A stretch of DNA of 35,146 nt from a virus (lineage: Duplodnaviria; Heunggongvirae; Uroviricota; Caudoviricetes), in IMG/VR virus record IMGVR_UViG_2909309443_000004. One strand, written 5' to 3'. The notes below the pieces were generated by a model. That model was not told where the DNA came from, searched no databases, and saw nothing but the letters and a program-made list of their open reading frames with translations. Every line of letters begins with the position of its first letter. The first letter of the stretch is position 1. A program made the translations under genes and the position numbers. This document shows positions 26,305 through 32,473 of this stretch, one piece after another.

Positions 26305-26748
26305 TTATTCTTCTTCTTCATCATTAAAAAGCGGATTGTTGTTTCCATCTGATGAAAGGAAAGGTATGTGTTCTCTTGAAAATCCAACAATGACAATTTC
26401 ATTATCATTTTTTGCATAATGAATGCATTCATTAGAATGCATTCCGCCAGGGTTGAAATTTAAGTTAATGGTATAATTCTTAAATGTGTTTGGATACCAT
26501 GTTGGCCCACAATGATAATGCCAATAATTCTCTTGCTCATAATTGTCTGAGCCTGGAATTTTATCATGGTTATCATCAACCCACGAGGGCTTGTTTTTTC
26601 CAACAAGCGCCCTTCCATTGGCAACATCCTCTAAAAACCTTTGTATGATTTTTATTTCATCATCAGTAAGGAAAGGTCCGTCTACAGCGAAAGGGGTGTT
26701 GCTTTCCCCATGTAGAAAACTATTAGATATTCTAATGTTAAACTTCAA
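26305..26748 (-). CDS. 147-aa protein of unknown function; weak by-eye resemblance to YafO-family toxins
   Basis: TTG start at 26748 with AGGAG 6-7 nt upstream. Visibly AT-rich. Segments YWHYHCGP..(25 aa)..HSNECIHYAKNDNEIVIVGFSREH recall the YafO pattern H-x-H-L..S-D-x-x-L-V-Y..H. Acidic tail NDEEEE. Confidence 0.55.
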   Translation of the reverse strand: MKFNIRISNSFLHGESNTPFAVDGPFLTDDEIKIIQRFLEDVANGRALVGKNKPSWVDDNHDKIPGSDNYEQENYWHYHCGPTWYPNTFKNYTINLNFNPGGMHSNECIHYAKNDNEIVIVGFSREHIPFLSSDGNNNPLFNDEEEE

Positions 26749-26768
26749 GGAAAACTCCTGATGTGCTT

Positions 26769-26936
26769 CTATTTGGAGCGAAATGCCGCCTTGAAGTCGC
26801 TAAAAGATGTTCCTGTCTGGTAAACCATATCCTTGTCGCGCTCTTTGCTTGCGCGACCAAGCATAACTTTTCCAATGACATCCCAGCATTGCTTGGCTTG
26901 TTCATTGTGCTGAGTACGATTTTTCAACGCTGTCAT
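26769..26936 (-). CDS. 55-aa protein, candidate partner/antitoxin of the 147-aa ORF
   Basis: Hand-translated: MTALKNRTQHNEQAKQCWDVIGKVMLGRASKERDKDMVYQTGTSFSDFKAAFRSK. Strong RBS AAAGGAGG 6 nt before the ATG at 26936. The stop is 20 nt before the TTG start of the next gene. Confidence 0.5.
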   Translation of the reverse strand: MTALKNRTQHNEQAKQCWDVIGKVMLGRASKERDKDMVYQTGTSFSDFKAAFRSK

Positions 26937-26948
26937 ATCGCGCCTCCT

Positions 26949-26992
26949 TTACCTTTAAGGTAATATTACGCGAATCTACATCACATCGCCAA
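26949..26992 (-). promoter_or_regulatory. operator plus candidate promoter of the AT-rich cassette
   Basis: Perfect TTACCTTTAAGGTAA (26949-26963) abuts a minus-strand -10 TAATAT (complement of 26963-26968). TTGGCG lies 18 nt upstream (complement of 26987-26992). Confidence 0.5.
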
Positions 26993-27005
26993 TGATTATT
27001 TTAAA

Positions 27006-27021
27006 GGCACATCCCTGTGCC
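27006..27021 (-). terminator. hairpin after the Bro-N gene
   Basis: Minus strand GGCACA-GGGA-TGTGCC followed by TTTAAAAT. The interrupted T-tract makes it weak. Confidence 0.4.
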
Positions 27022-27029
27022 GCCGCCCG

Positions 27030-27758
27030 TCAGAAGAACCCTGCCTTGTCGTTGATGTACTCCGCGTGGGTCTGGATATCACGCAGGCATTTGCTCACAC
27101 CGACGATGTAGCAGAACATGGTGGTCAGTTCCGCCGCCGCGCCCGATACGTCATGCCCGTCTTCCTGTAACTGGTTCAGCAAATTCATCAGCAGTGAGTT
27201 CTCCGTCAGGCCGAGAACACCAGACGGTGAATGAATCAGGCTACGGTAGCCGGGCTTCAGTGGGGCGCTGTAGGTTTTGTTCTCTATCTTCATTGCCTGC
27301 ATCACTGCTGATGCTGTGGCGTTGGCTACCTGGTCGGCAACCATCTTTATGCGTTCTTCTTGCGGGAGCGAGTTTTTAATGTAACTTCCGGTGCGGCGGA
27401 TCTGAGGAAGAACCTCACCTGTAACCCATTTACGAAAGCGGTATGGGATAGTGCCTGGTGTCACCGCATCGCGGCAGCGGAGGATCAGTGTGTAGAGGCC
27501 TGACTCGTTGATAATATTGGTTTCGCCTTGACGGCCTAAGTTAAATTTAGCCCTTTCATCATCATCAAGAGATTTTATTGACATAGTGGGGTTTGTCAGT
27601 TGAAGAGCTTTAATAACGTCTTTGGCAACAAACCAAGGATTAATCGCAAATCCAACTCTCCTCAGAGTTATAACGCTCAAACGCTTTACACATACTTTGT
27701 GTTGGTGCTGGAGGGCGTTCAAGGGCAGCCATGACTTGCTCCCAAACATCCTCTTCAA
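27030..27758 (-). CDS. Bro-N domain protein with an Ant-like C-terminal domain (start uncertain)
   Basis: Bro-N core NPWFVAKDVIKAL..ESGLYTLILRCRD..RFRKWVTGEVLPQIRRTGSY. The C-terminal 63 aa match the 28868-29125 protein at 28/63 identities (hand alignment). The track start is TTG 27758 and the first ATG is 27749, both inside the upstream RHH gene in another frame. The next in-frame ATG (27584) would cut the Bro-N domain. Confidence 0.7.
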   Translation of the reverse strand: MKRMFGSKSWLPLNALQHQHKVCVKRLSVITLRRVGFAINPWFVAKDVIKALQLTNPTMSIKSLDDDERAKFNLGRQGETNIINESGLYTLILRCRDAVTPGTIPYRFRKWVTGEVLPQIRRTGSYIKNSLPQEERIKMVADQVANATASAVMQAMKIENKTYSAPLKPGYRSLIHSPSGVLGLTENSLLMNLLNQLQEDGHDVSGAAAELTTMFCYIVGVSKCLRDIQTHAEYINDKAGFF

Positions 27759-27924
27759 CGATCAAGCGGCGATGTTCATTAATAACTGTTTCAGCTCTAA
27801 AAGTCGTAGACTCCATTACAAATTGAGATACGGACACTTTAGAAATAACAGCAGCTTCTTCGATACGGCGCTTCGCAGCTTCGGGCAGACGAAACTCGAA
27901 CCGCTCCTTTCTTACTGCGTTCAT
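27640..27924 (-). CDS. DUF1778/TacA-like ribbon-helix-helix protein (antitoxin-type) with no GNAT toxin partner
   Basis: 94 aa from ATG 27924 (AGGAG 5 nt upstream). RFEFRLPEAAKRRIEEAAVISKVSVSQFVMESTTFRAETVINEHRRLIVEEDVWEQVMAALERPPAPT is collinear by eye with TacA/DUF1778 antitoxins over the full length. Confidence 0.65.
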   Translation of the reverse strand: MNAVRKERFEFRLPEAAKRRIEEAAVISKVSVSQFVMESTTFRAETVINEHRRLIVEEDVWEQVMAALERPPAPTQSMCKAFERYNSEESWICD

Positions 27925-27988
27925 AACAACTCCTGAGCTAATGCTCACAGTGGTTTATACCACATAACGATATGCACGGTACGGGAAT

Positions 27989-28003
27989 TTACCGTACAGG
28001 TAA
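27989..28003. promoter_or_regulatory. operator copy upstream of the RHH/Bro-N genes
   Basis: Perfect TTACCGTACAGGTAA, 65 nt upstream of the RHH start. Confidence 0.6.
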
Positions 28004-28081
28004 TGATAAGCGCGAAGAAATATTAAAATCAACCTTATTTGGTTGATTGCGTTTAACGCTTGATCACCTGAAAGCAAGATA

Positions 28082-28096
28082 TTACCTTTAAGGTAA
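28082..28096. promoter_or_regulatory. operator copy upstream of the TM/zinc-ribbon gene
   Basis: Perfect TTACCTTTAAGGTAA, identical to the 26949 copy, 21 nt upstream of the ATG at 28117. Confidence 0.6.
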
Positions 28097-28116
28097 TGTT
28101 ATTGTGAGGAAAAGCA

Positions 28117-28845
28117 ATGGAAGTTTTCTGGATAGTTGTTGGTGTGGTTGCGGTGATTATTTACGTTATCAACCAGAACAAGACTAAGATCTCTGATCGT
28201 ACGGTCGTTAATCATAACAAAACGATAAAGACCGAAGATGGGGAGATAACGATTAATCGTACACAGGTGATAGAACACACCTCTACTCAGTTTCAAAAAA
28301 CTGGAGGTAATGCGCCTAATATTTCCGCACCTCCTGCTTATGATAGTGCGGTAATCCAGACATATTATAAACAGCAGGAGTTAGCAAAAGAGAGGCAACT
28401 GATTCAGCCAAAGCCGTTTACAACTGAGATTCCACCTGGAGTGTCAACGCGTCCGGCATATCATGGAAGATTCCCTGGTGATGACATATCGTCTCAGTCA
28501 TCTAAAAAAGCACCTCAGGCAATATCAGAGCCAGCAAGAATACCTTCTGTATCGCCGCAAAAAGAAGAATCAGCTAACAGAGTTTCAAGTGGTAGCAAGC
28601 AGTGCTTGCGATGCAGAATAAACCTTCCATATGAAAAATTCAGGAAATCGTCAAAAAATCCAGATGGATTGACTAAATGGTGTGCAAGGTGTCTCGATGG
28701 CCCAAAGAATACACGCCATATGAAGTGGTGCCCAATTTGTAATGTCCGCAGAAAACGAACCAGCTTTTACCCTAATAATCAAAATGCGGACGGCTTAATG
28801 GCATGGTGCAAAACGTGCTGGGATGAGCACAAAGCGAAACGATAG
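28117..28845 (+). CDS. membrane-anchored protein with two tandem Cys4 zinc-ribbon repeats
   Basis: 242 aa. N-terminal TM helix (VFWIVVGVVAVIIYVI) and a Pro/Ser/Gln-rich linker. C-terminal repeats CLRCRINLPYEKFRKSSKNPDGLTKWCARC and CPICNVRRKRTSFYPNNQNADGLMAWCKTC (C-x2-C..F..DGL..WC-x2-C). Confidence 0.75.
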   Translation: MEVFWIVVGVVAVIIYVINQNKTKISDRTVVNHNKTIKTEDGEITINRTQVIEHTSTQFQKTGGNAPNISAPPAYDSAVIQTYYKQQELAKERQLIQPKPFTTEIPPGVSTRPAYHGRFPGDDISSQSSKKAPQAISEPARIPSVSPQKEESANRVSSGSKQCLRCRINLPYEKFRKSSKNPDGLTKWCARCLDGPKNTRHMKWCPICNVRRKRTSFYPNNQNADGLMAWCKTCWDEHKAKR

Positions 28846-28861
28846 GCCGCTCTTGCGGCCT
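28844..28861 (+). terminator. hairpin terminator between convergent genes
   Basis: AGGCCGC-TCTT-GCGGCCT followed by TTAAATTT. Overlaps the stop codon of the 28117 gene. Confidence 0.5.
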
Positions 28862-28867
28862 TTAAAT

Positions 28868-29125
28868 TTACCGGGTTTGTTTTCGTAATTGTTCGGCACA
28901 ATAGTCGAGATGTGTTTGCAGATCCCGCATAGACATCTGTGAGCTGGTGACGTAGTTAATCAGTGCAGTCAGTTCGGCAAGTGGGCCATCGACATTAAAT
29001 CCATCCTTATCGAGATCCCGGAGTAATTTCATCAAGTGCGATCCCTCCACCAGTGACCTGACGCCTCCCGGCGTGTGAATCCTTTCGGTAAATCCGTCTT
29101 CCAGTGGATAGTGATACCGCTGCAT
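28868..29125 (-). CDS. ant: small antirepressor-like protein (85 aa) behind a LexA box
   Basis: ATG at 29125 with GGAG 8 nt upstream (the track start at 29143 is a TTG). Paralogous to the C-terminus of the Bro-N protein. The function call rests on the SOS box, the non-cleavable repressor and precedent in related phages. Confidence 0.6.
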   Translation of the reverse strand: MQRYHYPLEDGFTERIHTPGGVRSLVEGSHLMKLLRDLDKDGFNVDGPLAELTALINYVTSSQMSMRDLQTHLDYCAEQLRKQTR

Positions 29126-29144
29126 CTTATCTTCTCCATGCAAT

Positions 29145-29164
29145 AACTGTATATTTATACAGTA
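29145..29164. promoter_or_regulatory. LexA (SOS) box
   Basis: AACTGTATATTTATACAGTA matches the E. coli consensus TACTGTATATATATACAGTA at 18/20, with an intact CTG-N10-CAG. Lies 20-40 nt upstream of the ant start. Confidence 0.8.
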
Positions 29165-29201
29165 TCAAATAATTTGTTTGCTATCCAGCACGTTTTGCAA
29201 A

Positions 29202-29216
29202 TTACCCGAAAGGTAA
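29202..29216. promoter_or_regulatory. operator copy in the ant/tailspike divergent region
   Basis: Perfect TTACCCGAAAGGTAA. Confidence 0.6.
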
Positions 29217-29320
29217 TATCTATTCATATTCACAGCCTTTCTATCCATATGTGGTTTTTCAGGTAATAGAATAACCAGATATGCGGCGCAACGGGTGCTG
29301 CGACTATCTGGAGATTTAAC

Positions 29321-31921
29321 ATGACGGTCTCAACCGAAGTTGACCACAACGAATACACCGGTAACGGCGTTACGACATCATTTCCGTATACCTTCCGTAT
29401 TTTCAAAAAAACCGACCTGGTTGTTCAGGTGTCTGATCTGAACGGGAACGTAACAGAATTGGTTCTGGATACCGGTTATAAGGTAACTGGAGCGGGCACT
29501 TATAGTGGCGGTGAAGTGGTTCTCCCGTCGCCGCTTGCTGCTGGCTGGCGAATTACGATAGAGCGTGTGCTTGATGTGGTGCAGGAGACTGATCTTCGCA
29601 ATCAGGAAAAATTTTTCCCCGAAGTTCATGAAGATGCATTTGACTACCTGACGATGCTGATCCAGCGATGTTTTGGGTGGTTCAGACGTGCATTGATGAA
29701 ACCCTCGTTGCTTGCAAAATATTACGATGCAAAGCAAAACAGAATATCTAACCTTGCTGATCCATCACTTGAGCAGGACGCTGTAAATAATCGCTCAATG
29801 CGTAATTATGTCGATGCTGCAATCGCCGGGGTTGTTGGTGGTTTTGGTTGGTTTATTCAGTATGGTTCTGGAGCAGTATACCGAACGTTCCAGGATAAGA
29901 TGCGGGATGAAGTAAATATTCGTGATTTTGGAGCAGGAGATTCAGGTGAAGTTACAGATGCTATTTTGAAGGCTGTTGCAGCTACTAATGGCACCATTAT
30001 TATCCCGGATGGAAATTATGTTTCTACTCCAACAGTAACGCAGACTCCGAACGTTATGAAATTGCTTTCACGAGCAGAGTTTAGAGGTTCTTTGACCATC
30101 AATCTTCCTGTTGGAACTGTTAACCTATCAGAAAAGACGCTAATCAGATCACAAAATGTTCATAAACTTTCTATTTCTGGTATTACGTATTCAACTACGC
30201 TAACTGGCTTAGTGGGTGTATCTGGTATCCCCAAATCATACCTAGTTACGCTCTCTCTGGCTGATGCTTCAAACGTTTCTGTAGGCGACGTCGTGATGAT
30301 TCGTCACGATATAACGGGGACAGGAGGATATCACATCCATTGTGGCGGATGGGTTGTGACTGCCGTGTCTGGCAAAAATGTTACCGTAAAAAACACCTGC
30401 CACCTGTCTGAATTACCAACGTCAACGATTACAGGCGGAACAGTAGTCATACTAAAAAGTATTCTGAGATATGCCGGATGTGATGGGATTGTGGCTGCAG
30501 GTGCTGGGTGCATTAAGACAATAAACGGTGTCGCAATTGTTGGTGATTATGACCTTGTGGCCGGCACTGGAACTATTGGTGCGCATGGTTTCTCCCTCAC
30601 TACTCCAGACATTACTGTTGCCATCCCAGACCCATCCAACGTGGTTTTTGATGCGTCAGGATGTATAGCAATTGGGCCTGATCTGGCGATCGTTGGGTTC
30701 GGAGAACAGGGGGTCGTGGCTTCAGAAAGATCTGGTGTGGTTTCAAACTTTATATCTTCATGCTCTAACCGCAAGCGCGGTGTATATTCTGAAGGCGCTC
30801 ATATACGCGGTAAATTTATGCTTTGCTCAGGGAATGGTGAGGATGGGATTATTGCTGATATTGGTGGCGCAATACAGGCTAACGGATCAGTTTGCTCTGG
30901 CAATGGGTTGAATGGGTTCTGGTCTTTTAATCATAGTTTTTTGGGGGCACCAGGGGGGATTGCGTGCGGTAACTATACCAATGGTGGTGAATCACGCGGA
31001 CCAGGTGCATTAAATCTGCAAAATGGGAAGAGCTATTTAAACAGGCTAATTGGTGTAACCGCTTCAAATAGCGGTGCAGTTATTTTCACTAACTCAACTG
31101 CCACACAAAATGGCACGGATGGTCTGGTTGCTGTTTACGATGGCTTAATATCTGCCGCCAATGCCAATTCAACGAGCAACGGTCGCTATGGGGTTAACGT
31201 AACTCACGCAAAAATTGTGCTTAAAGGCTCTGGAGGAGTGACTGGTAACACAACGGGAGATTACATCGATAACGGCGAGGGCACAATAATCAAGCCAGAT
31301 GGTACTATGCTGCCGAGGAATGCTGGCCCGCAAAGCATCCTTTCTATTCGTAACGCCAATCTTTCCGGTGCTGATGTCACGGCATCATCAATAGGCGATC
31401 TCACCGTCTCGCAAAGAAACACATCCTCGGGTGCATTAACCCCCCTGTATGTATTCAAATCTGACGGAACCCAGCATCCAGTCAATGACGCCACGCAGAA
31501 CCTTGGCAGGGCAAGCAATCGCTACAATGTTGGTTTCTTCGCTGGCGGAACACAGTCAACTTCAGATGCCACACTTAAAGACCCTATCCGGGAGTTCAAT
31601 CAGGCCGAACTCAATGCAGCAATGCGCATCTCGAAAATGTTTGGATTCTGGACGTGGCTTGATGATGACAGTAAGCGTTTGCATGCAGGGACTACGGTTC
31701 AAGCAGTGTTAGCTGTTCTGGAAGAGGAAGGTCTAGACTGGCGGAGCTATGGATTTATCTGTTTTGATGAGTGGGATGATGAATATACCCCGGTAACCAT
31801 TGAGGTAGATGGCGAAGTCGTTGAAACTGGCGAACTGCAATTAGTACGTGAGTCTGGTTCTGTATGGCAATTACGCGATCAGGAATTTGACAGATTCGTG
31901 ATGCGTGGACTTTCCGAATGA
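29321..31921 (+). CDS. tailspike: conserved N-terminal particle-binding domain, beta-helix enzyme domain, C-terminal S74-type intramolecular chaperone
   Basis: 866 aa. N-terminus TEVDHNEYTGNGVTTSFPYTFRIF. Pectate-lyase-type start DFGAGDSGEVTDAILKAVAATNGTIIIPDGNYV. C-terminus LGRASNRYNVGFFAGGTQSTSDATLKD (S-D-x-x-x-K), with Ser748 at 31562-31564. Confidence 0.85.
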   Translation: MTVSTEVDHNEYTGNGVTTSFPYTFRIFKKTDLVVQVSDLNGNVTELVLDTGYKVTGAGTYSGGEVVLPSPLAAGWRITIERVLDVVQETDLRNQEKFFPEVHEDAFDYLTMLIQRCFGWFRRALMKPSLLAKYYDAKQNRISNLADPSLEQDAVNNRSMRNYVDAAIAGVVGGFGWFIQYGSGAVYRTFQDKMRDEVNIRDFGAGDSGEVTDAILKAVAATNGTIIIPDGNYVSTPTVTQTPNVMKLLSRAEFRGSLTINLPVGTVNLSEKTLIRSQNVHKLSISGITYSTTLTGLVGVSGIPKSYLVTLSLADASNVSVGDVVMIRHDITGTGGYHIHCGGWVVTAVSGKNVTVKNTCHLSELPTSTITGGTVVILKSILRYAGCDGIVAAGAGCIKTINGVAIVGDYDLVAGTGTIGAHGFSLTTPDITVAIPDPSNVVFDASGCIAIGPDLAIVGFGEQGVVASERSGVVSNFISSCSNRKRGVYSEGAHIRGKFMLCSGNGEDGIIADIGGAIQANGSVCSGNGLNGFWSFNHSFLGAPGGIACGNYTNGGESRGPGALNLQNGKSYLNRLIGVTASNSGAVIFTNSTATQNGTDGLVAVYDGLISAANANSTSNGRYGVNVTHAKIVLKGSGGVTGNTTGDYIDNGEGTIIKPDGTMLPRNAGPQSILSIRNANLSGADVTASSIGDLTVSQRNTSSGALTPLYVFKSDGTQHPVNDATQNLGRASNRYNVGFFAGGTQSTSDATLKDPIREFNQAELNAAMRISKMFGFWTWLDDDSKRLHAGTTVQAVLAVLEEEGLDWRSYGFICFDEWDDEYTPVTIEVDGEVVETGELQLVRESGSVWQLRDQEFDRFVMRGLSE

Positions 31922-32068
31922 TTGAGCTTTATCGAGGATAAATTTGCATCTTAAATTCATGAAATAGATAAAATTAGGTTGAGTAACAATTATCCGTAAA
32001 TGGTTTATTGTGTATGATGAACTCACCAACTAAGGGGGGTTCTTTATGCACATTAAACGGTGGTCACT

Positions 32069-32473
32069 ATGTCGCACACGTTAACCACGGGAACGCTGAA
32101 TCAGGGGCTTAGCCTGAGCGCGCTAATGTCTGTGGTCGCTGGCGTGCCGCCTGAAGTGGCTTTAGGGGCGCTCGCTGGTGCGGTAATTTTTGTTACCTCT
32201 GCTGTCGAGTATCCGATCCGCCGCCGGGTTCTCCTGTCGATGCTCAGCTTTCTTTGTGGCCTTCTCTTTTACAAACCAGCAGCATCAATTCTTATCGGCA
32301 TAGCCAGCCTGATACCTACCATCACGCAGGATTCTTTCGAGAAAGGGATTGTTTTCTCTGCTGGCGCATTCGTGTCAGCAATCGTCGCAGTACGAATTGG
32401 CATCTGGCTCTATCACCGTTCCGATAATCCACGCGAGTTAATTCCGGGGAGAAAAGACGATGGTAACGCATGA
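32069..32473 (+). CDS. holin-like membrane protein (134 aa)
   Basis: ATG at 32069 after GGTGG, with an in-frame GTG at 32060. Several TM helices and a charged C-terminus. First gene of the lysis cassette. Confidence 0.6.
   Translation: MSHTLTTGTLNQGLSLSALMSVVAGVPPEVALGALAGAVIFVTSAVEYPIRRRVLLSMLSFLCGLLFYKPAASILIGIASLIPTITQDSFEKGIVFSAGAFVSAIVAVRIGIWLYHRSDNPRELIPGRKDDGNA

Noticed and set aside
26763-26963. 66-aa plus-strand ORF in the track.
   Set aside because: The opposite strand carries a 55-aa ORF with a strong AAAGGAGG RBS, an operator-associated promoter and tight coupling to the 147-aa gene. The plus-strand ORF has no start context and would run against all neighbouring signals.
27640-27758. 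Programmed frameshift fusing the RHH protein to the Bro-N protein.
   Set aside because: The overlap contains no slippery heptamer or stimulatory structure, and the RHH protein aligns to full-length antitoxins including its own C-terminus.
28027-28048. Hairpin AATCAACC-TTATTT-GGTTGATT between the two divergent island operators as a small RNA or terminator.
   Set aside because: It is AT-rich and weak, has no adjoining T-tract and no promoter assigned to it. It is noted only as part of the divergent control region.
29252-29266. Possible thirteenth operator (TGGTTTTTCAGGTAA).
   Set aside because: Only the right half-site matches; the left half has no similarity to TTACC.
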